Shown: piece by piece, positions 35,988-46,296 of the stretch
Numbering within the stretch: position 1 is the stretch's first letter
How the letters are laid out: the number at the start of each line of letters is the position of its first letter
NCBI GenBank assembly: GCA_036676495.1
Contig: JAKFCT010000008.1
Span: 1 to 49,238, forward strand
Length of the DNA: 49,238 nt
Direction: 5' to 3'
DNA from: Candidatus Sericytochromatia bacterium
GTDB taxonomy: Bacteria > Cyanobacteriota > Sericytochromatia > S15B-MN24 > UBA4093
The notes under the pieces: generated by a model
Told to the model about the DNA's origin: nothing
Seen by the model: only the letters and a program-made list of their open reading frames with translations
Database searches by the model: none
Program-made: the position numbers and the translations under genes

Positions 35988-37586
35988 ATGCATTCGCCCG
36001 TCCTGGCTTCCCCTCCATTAGACCTCAAAGGCCGGATTGACGCCATTCTTTCGAAGGCCCGCGGAAGCGTTGCTATCGCGTGCCTGGACCTGCTGACGGG
36101 CGCGGCATGGGACTTGGAGGGCGATCGCCCCTTTCCCACCGGACAGCTGAGCGCCCTTCCCGTGCTCATGAGCGCCTACGACCGGGCGCAGCGCGACGAC
36201 CTCGACCTGGAACCGCTCCGAACCACGCTGCTTCAGACGGTCACCGACTGCAAGGGAGACGCGATCACGCAGCTTGCCGAACGGCTCGCTTTGCCGGTGA
36301 CGGAGTCCATGACGGCGCGCGCGCTCAGAGACCGCCTCGCTGCGCTGGATGCCGCCCATCCGCTCTGGGACTTGCTGGTCTGGGAGGGCGATCGGACCAA
36401 GTTCCCGCGTCGGCTTTCACGCTTGGCCATGGCCTACAAGGCGGCGGATCGCTGCGAGCCCCTGCTTGCCCACGCCGCGGGACGCCTCGGCGGTCCCGAT
36501 GGAGTGCTGCTGGTGGTGCTGACCGAAGGGGACGCAATCGCCAATTCGCTCATCGGCCGGATCGCCCAGGCGGTCTGGGAAGCCCACTCGCAGAGCCGCG
36601 ACCACGCGCAGCGCGCCACGGAGCAGCTGGAGGCTTGTCGGGCACTCCGGCTTCCGGATCGTCGCCTGGGAGTCTTCGACCTCCACGTGACCTGGAAGGA
36701 CGGACACCTTCGGATCGCCGGTGAAACCTCGCTTCCGCGGATCCAGATCGAAGAAGCGTTCGCTAAAACGCTGGGCGTGGACCTGTCGGGGGTGGAGAGT
36801 CTCGCAGCAGAGCCGGCCTTTGTGATCGCTCCGGTCCTGAATTTGCGTCGAGAGGCCCGCCATGGCTCCGAGCTGGTCTCGCAAGCCCCGTTGGGGACCC
36901 GCCTCACGGTCTTGAAGCGCCCTGAGGGCGAGTGGTGGCGCGTACAAACTCCCGACGGCTACGTCGCCTGGGCTCGCTCCGAGAACCTCCGGCTCGAGCC
37001 TCCGGCGGAAGAGGGCCTCAGGACCTTACCCATCGTGCTTGTGGCCCAGCGCTCGGATGGAGCAGGGACGGTTCCCCTGTCGGCGGGATCCGAGTTGCGA
37101 ATCCGTGAGCGCGGCGACGCGGGCTGGCGGGCCGAGACGCCGCAGGGCTTGTCTGTTTGGGTTCCGGAAGGAGAGGCGATCGCCGCCTCGGACCGTGCCA
37201 GGCGCTGGCGCGAACCTGCCGAGCTGGGAGCGCAAGCCGTGGCGATCGCCACGCGCTGGCTGGGGGTTCCCTATCTCTGGGGAGGCAAATCCGGCTGGGG
37301 CCTGGACTGCAGCGGCTTGACCCAGCTCGCTTACGAGCTGCTGGGAGTTCGCCTGCCCCGCGATGCCGACCAGCAGGCCAAGGCGCTTCCCGCCGTGCCG
37401 CACTGGGATGCGCTGCGACCGGGAGACCTCTTGTTCTACCCGGGGCACGTGGCCCTCTGGGCGGGAGAGGGAGCCGTGATTCATGCCTCCTCTCCGCGCG
37501 GAGCCGTCGTCCGGGAGGACGTGGCGCAGGTGCCTTGGCTGCGGGAACGCTGTACCGCCATGGGCCGCCCCGTTCAGCCCCGCTGA
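35988..37586 (+). CDS. Degenerate beta-lactamase-like domain + SH3b + NlpC/P60 (C40) peptidase
   Basis: C-terminal PYLWGG, GLDCSGL, LPRDADQQ, GHVAL, IHAS; central SH3b 'VLNLR...SELVSQ...DGYVAW'; N-terminal class-A-like fold lacking SxxK. Confidence 0.85.
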   Translation: MHSPVLASPPLDLKGRIDAILSKARGSVAIACLDLLTGAAWDLEGDRPFPTGQLSALPVLMSAYDRAQRDDLDLEPLRTTLLQTVTDCKGDAITQLAERLALPVTESMTARALRDRLAALDAAHPLWDLLVWEGDRTKFPRRLSRLAMAYKAADRCEPLLAHAAGRLGGPDGVLLVVLTEGDAIANSLIGRIAQAVWEAHSQSRDHAQRATEQLEACRALRLPDRRLGVFDLHVTWKDGHLRIAGETSLPRIQIEEAFAKTLGVDLSGVESLAAEPAFVIAPVLNLRREARHGSELVSQAPLGTRLTVLKRPEGEWWRVQTPDGYVAWARSENLRLEPPAEEGLRTLPIVLVAQRSDGAGTVPLSAGSELRIRERGDAGWRAETPQGLSVWVPEGEAIAASDRARRWREPAELGAQAVAIATRWLGVPYLWGGKSGWGLDCSGLTQLAYELLGVRLPRDADQQAKALPAVPHWDALRPGDLLFYPGHVALWAGEGAVIHASSPRGAVVREDVAQVPWLRERCTAMGRPVQPR

Positions 37587-37737
37587 CCCCCTTCGGGCCA
37601 CTTGGCCTGCGGGGGGAATCCAGACCCATCCCCCTCCGAACCGAGGCAGAAGGCGTTGTCATCCGATCCGCACGCGTGTTACCTTCTTTGCAAATCTTCA
37701 CGAATTTTTATGAGGAAATGGGTGAAGGAGGTATGGC

Positions 37738-38610
37738 ATGCGAGCGAAGAAGCTGCTTGCGATCGGCTTGGCCGGCACCATGGGCGTTGCCTTGGCGCTA
37801 CCTGCCCAGGCGCAGATGCGCACGTCCGAAACGTCCCTGCAGGTTCCAGTGGTCTCCGGGATGGTGTCGCCGGGACCGACCCGGCTCTTCACCGTGCCCC
37901 GGGCCAACGTGCTGGGTCTTGGCGTCAACCTGATCAGCACGTCGATCTTCCTGGGAGCCACGGCCGCCGCGCCGATTGGCGGCCAGCCCGCCGTGGGCCT
38001 CGGCATCGCCAGCAACGCCCTGAACCTGCGGGCCCAGATGGGCATGTCGGATAACTTCGAGCTGAACACGGGCATCGGCTACATCGCCGGGACGCCCTGG
38101 CAGGGCCAGCTCGACGTGACCGGTAAGTGGGCCTTCATGAACGAGGGCGACGGGGCGGCGATCGCCTCGGTCGCAGGCCTCGCGGGCGGCGTGCTCTCCG
38201 TGGACGCCAACGGCAACCCTGCCCTGGGAGTCCAACTCGGCGTTCCCATCTCCAAGATGTTCGCCTTCAACGACATCAACTTCTTCAACCTCACCCTCTA
38301 TCCGAACTACAACCTCGGCCTCCTGCAACCTTTGGCGATCTTGCCCGGCGGACGGCAAGCCGCCCCGCTCAACTTCCTCGCGCTGGGCATCGGAGGCACC
38401 GTCGGGATGACCGATAGGCTTCAGCTCCTCGCCGACACCAACTTGGGCGTGCCCGTCTCGGGCATCAACACCCAGTCGAATATCGGCGTCCGCTACGCGT
38501 TTACCCAGGATTTCGTGGGAGATGCCTTCGTCGGCTTCAGCCCGGGCCCGAACCTCGGCTTCGGTCAGACGCCCGGTTCGTTCGGACTCGGAGCCCACTG
38601 GCGCTTCTAG
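37738..38610 (+). CDS. Probable outer-membrane beta-barrel protein
   Basis: Signal peptide, alternating amphipathic strands, C-terminal 'FGLGAHWRF' ending in Phe; AAGGAGG RBS. Confidence 0.7.
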   Translation: MRAKKLLAIGLAGTMGVALALPAQAQMRTSETSLQVPVVSGMVSPGPTRLFTVPRANVLGLGVNLISTSIFLGATAAAPIGGQPAVGLGIASNALNLRAQMGMSDNFELNTGIGYIAGTPWQGQLDVTGKWAFMNEGDGAAIASVAGLAGGVLSVDANGNPALGVQLGVPISKMFAFNDINFFNLTLYPNYNLGLLQPLAILPGGRQAAPLNFLALGIGGTVGMTDRLQLLADTNLGVPVSGINTQSNIGVRYAFTQDFVGDAFVGFSPGPNLGFGQTPGSFGLGAHWRF

Positions 38611-38635
38611 CCGGAGGCTTTGGAAACGGGGTCTC

Positions 38636-38669
38636 GCTTCGCCCGGCAGCCGCCGGGCGAAGCCCTTTT
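38636..38669 (+). terminator. Rho-independent terminator
   Basis: GCTTCGCCCGGC-AGCC-GCCGGGCGAAGC then CCTTTT. Confidence 0.75.
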
Positions 38670-38718
38670 GCGTCCATTGACGCTCCATGAGCTGGCGTGG
38701 TAGAGTTTGGAGCAATAA

Positions 38719-38823
38719 CGCTTATCCAGAGCTGGCTGAGGGACAGGCCCGATGAAGCCCGGCAACCGACCTTTCGGGGCGCGGTGCCAATTCCTGCGGC
38801 GAACGGTCGTCGGCAGATAGGCG
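38719..38823 (+). promoter_or_regulatory. SAM-I (S-box) riboswitch aptamer
   Basis: CTTATCCAGAG..GAGGGACAGGCCCGATGAAGCCCGGCAACC..GGTGCCAATTCCTGC..AGATAGG; P1 CGCTTATC/GATAGGCG; directly upstream of metK. Confidence 0.96.
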
Positions 38824-38831
38824 GAGCAAGA

Positions 38832-38885
38832 TACCCGCGCTCCGGCTCTAAGCTCAGGCTTTGGATGCTGTGGGTGCTTTTTTTT
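38832..38885 (+). terminator. Riboswitch expression-platform terminator
   Basis: TACCCGCG...TGTGGGTG stem followed by eight T residues before the metK RBS. Confidence 0.65.
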
Positions 38886-38909
38886 GGTTTGTTCGAAGAG
38901 GAGTAGCTC

Positions 38910-40130
<1,221 letters not shown>

Positions 40131-40153
40131 CGCCCGCAGCTGGAACGATCGGC

Positions 40154-41347
40154 ATGCGCCCCCTGCGCCCGCTCGCCGCGCTCGCCCTCGCCGCCTCGCT
40201 TTGGCTTGGCGGCGGAGCGGGCGCTCCGCCTGTCTGGGCGGAAGAGCAACTCAGCGTCCGCCTGGAGCTCTCGACCCTGGCTCCTCCGTCGATCGTCCAG
40301 GCCTTGCAAGAACGGGCGAGCGACGACTGGCTGAGCTCGCTCTTTCCCCTCTTCAGCCCCGAGGACCGCGACCGGATCCGCCTCATGGCCGTCGAGCACA
40401 CGCCCCGCGGAGTGCGCGTTCGCATCGACCTCAAGGAGGACGTCAAGGAGACCGCGAGCTTGCGCCTCCCCGTCGAGGCGGCACTGGAGCAACTGGCCCA
40501 GAACCTCCCCCGCCCCTATTCCTACTCGATGAAGGAAGCCGCTCCCCCCCCGGAGCCCCCCCGCATCCCCTGGGCCTGGCTCGCCGGAATCGGCGGCGTG
40601 GCCCTCCTGCTGCTTTTGCTCGTGAAGCGCCGCCCCGGTTTCCTCTCCCAGCCGCGCTTTGCAGGCCTCCCCATGGCCGGCGTCTTGCCTGCAGGCTTGG
40701 GCATGGGCGGGAGGTTCCTTGAACTGCAATCGGCACCCTGTCAAACCATGGGAGTCATGGTCCGGGAGATGGCGCTCGCCGCGTTCCCCCCGACCGAGGC
40801 CCGGGAAGTCCGCGAAGTGGCGATCGCCGCCACCGGCGATCCCGCGGCCGCCGCCGTCGTCACCGCTGCCCTGGGCATCTCCCTGGTCCGTGACGGAAAA
40901 CGCGTGCTGGTGGTCGACTTCATGGGCGAGGACTCGGTCCTCTCGGAGGTCCTCGAGGAATCCGACGAAAGCGATTCCCCTTTGGAAACCGGAGACCTCG
41001 CCACCCTGCGCCATACGGGCATCCCGGACCTGGACCTCATGACGGCACTTCCCTGGCCCGAGGGAGAGGCTCCTCTGCTGCCTCGCGCCCTGGCCGCGAG
41101 CTTCGATTGGACGCTCTTGGTCCTTCCCCCGGGGAGATTTGTCGCTGAGGTTCCGAACTTCCCGGTCTTCAGCGGCCCGACCTCTCCGCTTGCGGCCTGG
41201 CGCACGCGCTTGGCGGCATGGAAGCAAAAGGCCCCCCTGCTGGGAGCCATTCTGGTGGGAGTTCCGCTGCCTCCGGAAGTTCGCGAGCGCATGCTCGCGC
41301 GGTCGTACTTCGAGCGCATCCGGAGCCTCGAGAAAGTCCTTCCGTGA
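40154..41347 (+). CDS. Exported/membrane protein with degenerate Wzc/CpsD-like P-loop domain
   Basis: Signal peptide, one TM, then 'GKRVLVVDF', 'TGIPDLDLM', 'FDWTLL', 'LLGAILVG'; Walker A replaced by ATGDPAAA. Confidence 0.6.
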   Translation: MRPLRPLAALALAASLWLGGGAGAPPVWAEEQLSVRLELSTLAPPSIVQALQERASDDWLSSLFPLFSPEDRDRIRLMAVEHTPRGVRVRIDLKEDVKETASLRLPVEAALEQLAQNLPRPYSYSMKEAAPPPEPPRIPWAWLAGIGGVALLLLLLVKRRPGFLSQPRFAGLPMAGVLPAGLGMGGRFLELQSAPCQTMGVMVREMALAAFPPTEAREVREVAIAATGDPAAAAVVTAALGISLVRDGKRVLVVDFMGEDSVLSEVLEESDESDSPLETGDLATLRHTGIPDLDLMTALPWPEGEAPLLPRALAASFDWTLLVLPPGRFVAEVPNFPVFSGPTSPLAAWRTRLAAWKQKAPLLGAILVGVPLPPEVRERMLARSYFERIRSLEKVLP

Positions 41348-41994
41348 GCCTGCGCCTCTCCGCCGCCCTGGCGGTGCTCATGGCCCTTTCCCTCCCGGCC
41401 CATGCGGCCGAACGCAACCCTGTCCTCTTGATTCATGGGATCGATGACACGCAAGCCGTGATGGAGCCCCTCGGGCAATACCTGGAACGGCGTGGTTGGC
41501 AGCGCTTCGCTTTCGACATGGTGCCCAATGACGGCCAAGTCGGCTTCGAGGCGTTGGCGCGTCAGGTCCAGCGTGAGGTTGCCGCGATCCGGGCCCGCAC
41601 CGGCGCGCAGAAGGTCGACCTCGTGGGCTTCAGCTTGGGAGGAATGGTCGCGCGCGTCTACCTTCAGGACCTCGGGGGAGCCGCCGAGGTCGAGCGCCTG
41701 GTGACGATTTCGAGCCCTCACCATGGCTCATGGATGGCTTACTTCCGGTGGAATGCCTTGGGAGAAGAACTGAGGCCGGGAAGCCGGGTCTACCAGCGTT
41801 TGAACTCCAACCTCGCCGCGCTTGCGGGCATCCGCCACACGGCCATCTGGACGCCCTTCGACTTGATGATCGTTCCCGCTTGGAGCTCGTCTCTGCCGGG
41901 AGCGCGCGAGGTGCGGCTACCGGTCGCGCTTCACCCCTTGATGCTTCGCGACGCGCGTTGCCACCAGGCCGTCGAGGCCGCCTTACGCGACTAG
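41344..41994 (+). CDS. Secreted lipase/esterase (alpha/beta hydrolase)
   Basis: NPVLLIHG, GFSLGG nucleophile elbow, SSPHHG, FDLMIVP, LHPLM. Confidence 0.9.
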   Translation: MSLRLSAALAVLMALSLPAHAAERNPVLLIHGIDDTQAVMEPLGQYLERRGWQRFAFDMVPNDGQVGFEALARQVQREVAAIRARTGAQKVDLVGFSLGGMVARVYLQDLGGAAEVERLVTISSPHHGSWMAYFRWNALGEELRPGSRVYQRLNSNLAALAGIRHTAIWTPFDLMIVPAWSSSLPGAREVRLPVALHPLMLRDARCHQAVEAALRD

Positions 41995-42000
41995 CGGCGC

Positions 42001-42450
42001 TTAGAGCTCTTCGTCGTCGTCCTCGGCGAAGACTTCCGCGGCGGCCTCGCTGAACCAGCGATCGAGGACGGCGGAGGCCGTCGTCGGGGCTTGCCCCAGG
42101 CCGGAGGGCGCATCGAAGGATTCCCAGGGCAAGGGGATGAGCCTCAGGATCCGGTGCTCGTCGACCAGGTCGATGCAGCTGGCTCCGTCGGGATCCTTGC
42201 CCAGCTTCGCGTACTCGAAGGTGTTGAGGTTGAGGTAGAGCCGCTCGTTGAAGACAATGGTGGAGGACTCCTCGCTCGCGAAGATGCTCACGACTTGCCC
42301 TTCGCCACTGGCCGCCACCTCGCCGCCGTTCAGGTCGACGTACCGGACCCGGACCAGGTCCCTCAGAATGCGGGCCATGTCGCGGCGGTGGTAGAGGACT
42401 CCTGCGTCCACGATGCACGGGCGCCGGTTCTTCTGCTCTCGATGATCCAT
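42001..42450 (-). CDS. Conserved hypothetical protein (cyanobacteria-like family)
   Basis: GAGGAG RBS; 'PCIVDAG...DMARILRDL..VRY', 'LYLNLNTFEY', 'LRLIPL' recalled from a cyanobacterial hypothetical family. Confidence 0.75.
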   Translation of the reverse strand: MDHREQKNRRPCIVDAGVLYHRRDMARILRDLVRVRYVDLNGGEVAASGEGQVVSIFASEESSTIVFNERLYLNLNTFEYAKLGKDPDGASCIDLVDEHRILRLIPLPWESFDAPSGLGQAPTTASAVLDRWFSEAAAEVFAEDDDEEL

Positions 42451-42652
42451 GCCGCTCCTCCTGGACTTGCCGCGTTGCTTCAGGACCGTGTCGCCTGACC
42501 ATGCGAGGCCGCAGGCGCTCCGAAATCGCCGCCGGAAAAGTTCGATTATAGCACGCATCGGGGGCGAGCCGGGACTTCGAACGCCTTAACGCCCGCTTGT
42601 CGGCTTCGCCATGAGGGGAGCGTCTTTTTGACTGAAAAAAGGTATTGCGTAT

Positions 42653-43426
42653 TTGAATCAAATACGCTTGAATGCTCCTATGTTGAGCATTCAGGAGTTG
42701 TTACCCCATGTCGAGATCCTGGAGTCCGACGAGCGCTTTGCCGTGACTCCCGATCCGCGACCGTTCTCCGTCGTGGCCGTGGGCTCGCTCTCTCACGACG
42801 CGGAGTGTCGCCGGATCGCCAGCGCCCGCCTCATTCGCGTGGCGTGGGTGTCGATGACCTGCGCGGAGCGCTCACAGGCGCTCTTCGGCAGCGAACCCAT
42901 CCTCGTGGGACCCGGCGAGGATCTCGAGGAGGCCCGCCAGGCCTTTGGTGTGGAGCGTGCCGGGGAGCTGCTGGAGGCCCATCCCGCCGGGACGGTTGCC
43001 CTGATCGAGGGGCCCCTCCCGTCGCTGAACGCGGCTTCGGAGACGCTCACCAACGTCCTGCTAGAGGCCCTGAACCGTGCCAGGGCCTCGGGCTCGACCT
43101 TGCTCGGCTACGTCCCCCACCCGTGCCCCGCGCTTTTCGACGGCTGGCTCCGCTCTGGGGAGCGAACGCCATGGATCCGTAGCAATGCCTTGCAGTTTTG
43201 CTACGTCAACGTCTCCGAGACGGTCTTGCGGCTCGAAGCCTACGAGATCGCCCCGGAGCAGCATGACCGGGTCGCGGCCATCGCCGTCGCCCAGATCCGG
43301 AGGGGCTTCCCCAGCGTCGCCCAAGAGGACGAACCCCCTCTCGCACTTCGAGATGAGGCGCCGCCGAGCCCGCAGGACGCGGGCTCGGCGGAGGATCCCG
43401 TGCCGGCGAGAGCCAAGGCCCTCTAG
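42653..43426 (+). CDS. Degenerate NurA-like domain protein
   Basis: 'VVAVGS', 'LIEGPL', 'LLGYV', 'GERTP', 'FCYV...LRLE' follow NurA motif order but lack the acidic residues; start uncertain. Confidence 0.5.
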   Translation: MNQIRLNAPMLSIQELLPHVEILESDERFAVTPDPRPFSVVAVGSLSHDAECRRIASARLIRVAWVSMTCAERSQALFGSEPILVGPGEDLEEARQAFGVERAGELLEAHPAGTVALIEGPLPSLNAASETLTNVLLEALNRARASGSTLLGYVPHPCPALFDGWLRSGERTPWIRSNALQFCYVNVSETVLRLEAYEIAPEQHDRVAAIAVAQIRRGFPSVAQEDEPPLALRDEAPPSPQDAGSAEDPVPARAKAL

Positions 43427-43468
43427 TTCCCGGCGATCAGCTCGGCATGCCGTCCGGCTTGCGAGAGC

Positions 43469-44266
43469 CTAGAGCTTGTTAGCGATCTTCTGCATCAAGC
43501 CTTCCTTCCATGCGACCAGTTTCTGGCGCTGGGACTGATCCAGGCTCGCCATGAAGTCGATCATCGCTTGGGAGGGCGCGCCCGCGTTCAACCGCTCGAG
43601 CTCCGCCTGCAGCTTCGCCTGATCTCCTTCCTTCATATGCGTGGCCATGGCCGTGTAGTACGCGGCGCGGTTCGTCATCCAGAAGTCCTTGAAGGCGGTT
43701 TTTAGGTTCGAGAAGGCCGTTTTCTGAGCCTCGGTCATGGTGACCTGCATCCCGGCCTTGTCCATCAACCTCTCGAACATCTTGGTATGCGGATCGTCCT
43801 CCCGCGTGCTCATCTCCGTCAGCTTGTCGGCGACCATGGTTCGCTGTTCGGGCGACAGGGTCTCGCGGACCTCTTCCAGGGTCTGGGCATCTTGGGCCGC
43901 ATCGGCCTTCATGGCGTTCTGGATGGCCGTGGAAAGTGCCGTGCGGTCGATTTCGGGTGCGGTGACGAGCGGCTTGAGCTCGGCCTGCAGGGGTTTTGCA
44001 CGCTCCAACGCGTTCTTGACGATGCTCTTGAGCTGCGTCTTCTGGTCCTTGGCGAGCGCGAGCTGCGTCATGAACTCTTCGAGCTTCTTCTTGTGCTCGG
44101 AGTCGTCTTCGACGAGCACCTGGTAGGTCGGAGCGCTCAACGCGCCTGCCGGGGGAGCCATGAGAGGCTGATTGGCGGTCGAGGGCGCGCTCACGCTACA
44201 ACCGACCAGGGCGCTGGCAGCCACGGCGACGGCAGCCAGCTTCTTCATGGGAGAGCGAGTCTTCAT
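43469..44266 (-). CDS. Helical lipoprotein, Spy/CpxP-like repeats
   Basis: Lipobox LVGC; LSPEQR, MTEAQK, LDQSQR resemble LTxxQ motifs; AGGAGG RBS. Confidence 0.7.
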   Translation of the reverse strand: MKTRSPMKKLAAVAVAASALVGCSVSAPSTANQPLMAPPAGALSAPTYQVLVEDDSEHKKKLEEFMTQLALAKDQKTQLKSIVKNALERAKPLQAELKPLVTAPEIDRTALSTAIQNAMKADAAQDAQTLEEVRETLSPEQRTMVADKLTEMSTREDDPHTKMFERLMDKAGMQVTMTEAQKTAFSNLKTAFKDFWMTNRAAYYTAMATHMKEGDQAKLQAELERLNAGAPSQAMIDFMASLDQSQRQKLVAWKEGLMQKIANKL

Positions 44267-44576
44267 GACGATCGATCCTCCTGAGGAAAGTCTCGGGTGA
44301 CCCGTCCATGATCGCCGTCACATTTCCATGTCACAACGAATGGCCGAGCGCTAGCCTACCCTGTCCCCACCCGATCATGGGCCTTTTTCTGCCCTGTGGG
44401 ACCGGTCGTACTTGCTGTACGACCCCTCAGGAGGCAAATTCGTCCTTTCAGGGGATCTTCGTCGTGGCTTTCCGCCATGCTTGCCGCACCGCGCTCGGAG
44501 CCATCGGGAGGGGGGCCGCGCAAGTTTCACGGGGGCCCGAGGGATAACGTCTTTTTGATGTCAAAAGGAGCAATCC

Positions 44577-45092
44577 ATGACCATATCGCCGATTCCCCCT
44601 TCCCCCCTCCCCCCGGCCCCGATCGTCCGGACGGCCCAGGCCATCCCCCAGGCGGCGCCTTCGATGCCGCGCGATCGCTGGGTTTCCCAGATCCCGCCCC
44701 TTCCCGATCCTCCGACGGACGTGCCGGATCAGGATCCGTGGCGGGAAGTGCCGGAGACCGTGGCCTCCTCGGCCCTGCACTCGGCAGGGGCGGGAGCCGT
44801 CGGGGCGATTCTCGGGGCCGTCGTGGGCGGCCCGGTCGGCGCGGCCATCGGAGCCGGCGTCGGCACGTCCCTCGGTCAGGGATACATGCAGCTGCTCTTG
44901 GGCATGGCCGACGGCGGAAACACTTCCCGTCACCGCCTGGGGGCCGCGCTTCCGGGAGCGCTGGCCGTGGCCGGCGGCGTCCTCGGGGGGATGGCCGTCG
45001 GAGCGCTGGGAGTCACCGTGGGGGTGCTGGCCGGTCCCTTGCTCGCCGTCGCGGGCTACGGCCTCTTCAAGGGCTGGCAGCGCCTTCAGTAG
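44577..45092 (+). CDS. Pro-rich N-terminus + glycine-zipper membrane protein
   Basis: AAGGAG RBS; GAVGAILGAVVGGPVGAAIGAGVG. Confidence 0.65.
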   Translation: MTISPIPPSPLPPAPIVRTAQAIPQAAPSMPRDRWVSQIPPLPDPPTDVPDQDPWREVPETVASSALHSAGAGAVGAILGAVVGGPVGAAIGAGVGTSLGQGYMQLLLGMADGGNTSRHRLGAALPGALAVAGGVLGGMAVGALGVTVGVLAGPLLAVAGYGLFKGWQRLQ

Positions 45093-45240
45093 CGCCCGGG
45101 CCCGTTTCGCCCGGAGGCGGGGACGCGAAGTCCTGAGGCGGCGCTTTCACCGCCTCGGGAGGCTGCTGCGGTTTCTGGCCTTGCTCCCAGGTGGCGGGCC
45201 CGTTCCCGGGGTTGATGCCGGGGTTCTCATGGCGGTCCAT
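45067..45240 (-). CDS. Possible small disordered protein (57 aa)
   Basis: Below the ORF-track cutoff: MDRHENPGINPGNGPATWEQGQKPQQPPEAVKAPPQDFASP...; purine-rich upstream; overlaps the convergent gene by 26 nt. Confidence 0.3.
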   Translation of the reverse strand: MDRHENPGINPGNGPATWEQGQKPQQPPEAVKAPPQDFASPPPGETGPGATEGAASP

Positions 45241-45273
45241 GCTACTCTCTCTTTCCCGGCGCAGGGGCCGGCG

Positions 45274-45477
45274 CTAGCCGCGTGAGACGATGCCGGTGCT
45301 GCTCTCCTGATTCGCGGGAGAGGCGATCTCCCCTTTCTCCAGGGATTTTCCGATATCGAGCATGCGCTCATCCACGGGGCCGAGCGCCGTGAGGTCCTCC
45401 TGAACTCTCGGCTGCGCTTCGGAGTCAGGCGCGGCGTTCTCGGCTCCCGGTCGTTGCGTCGCGTCGCGATTGGCCAT
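45274..45477 (-). CDS. Small hypothetical protein
   Basis: Strong AAGGAGG RBS before ATG 45477. Confidence 0.55.
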   Translation of the reverse strand: MANRDATQRPGAENAAPDSEAQPRVQEDLTALGPVDERMLDIGKSLEKGEIASPANQESSTGIVSRG

Positions 45478-45531
45478 GCGTCCCTCCTTCCCCGTACGGG
45501 GACCCCCAGCATACGCCACCGGCCGGGATCG

Positions 45532-46209
45532 TCAATCGGCGCCGCCCTGCTCTGGAAGCCGCGCCACGAGCCACTCCCGCACCCGGGTGTGGACCGCCTC
45601 GGCCACCTCGTCCAGGCCATGCCCCGCGCCCTCGTAAAGAACCAGCTCCTTGGGATCGCGGGCGCGCTCGAAGATCGATTCGGAGCACGCGGGGCTGAGC
45701 ACGCGATCGCCCGTCCCATGAAGCAGCAGCAACGCGCAGCGAGGTCCCAGCGCACTGGCGGGATCGGCGCCGTAGCCTTGGGTCGCCAGGGTCACCACGG
45801 TTCGCACCTTCGGGGAGGACGCTGCGGCCTGGATCACCACCGCTCCTCCGAAGGAATGGCCCACCAGGCCGATCTGCTTGACCCCTTCCGCCTCCAGGAA
45901 CGCGAGGGTCGCGAGCACGTCCAGGACCGCTTCCTCGAGCACGGTGGGGTGGCGGAAGCAGAGCCGACACAGGGCGATGCCCGCGGAGGGGAGGTCGGAT
46001 CCCAGGCGGGGATAGAGGTCCTGGGCGGGGGTGTCCCAGCCGCCTCCCACGCCGCCGACGGTGATGACGGCCCGCTCGCTACCTTCCGGGACCGGGTAGA
46101 GGCGGCACCGGATCGGGCCGCGGCTGGTTTCGAGGGTCACGGGGTGGAAGCCGGAGCGCTCCTGGCCCACCTCGAAGCCGGTGACCTGCATGTCGATGGT
46201 TCTCGCCAT
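45532..46209 (-). CDS. Alpha/beta hydrolase
   Basis: GHSFGG, LLLHGTGD, GAGH triad; GGAGG RBS. Confidence 0.88.
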   Translation of the reverse strand: MARTIDMQVTGFEVGQERSGFHPVTLETSRGPIRCRLYPVPEGSERAVITVGGVGGGWDTPAQDLYPRLGSDLPSAGIALCRLCFRHPTVLEEAVLDVLATLAFLEAEGVKQIGLVGHSFGGAVVIQAAASSPKVRTVVTLATQGYGADPASALGPRCALLLLHGTGDRVLSPACSESIFERARDPKELVLYEGAGHGLDEVAEAVHTRVREWLVARLPEQGGAD

Positions 46210-46296
46210 GATCGCCTCCCTTCATCGCGCCTCATCCTAGCGCGGGGGTGGAGCGATCGCAGGCGGCGATCTACGCTTGGAGACGCGCGGAGGCCG

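Noticed and set aside
44283-44300. RNase P RNA motif GAGGAAAGTC
   Set aside because: Isolated match next to the RBS of the minus-strand gene; no other RNase P elements.
44329-44350. GTCACA direct repeat as a two-component regulator box (near 44317-44335)
   Set aside because: Only two hexamers at 13-nt spacing; too weak to support.
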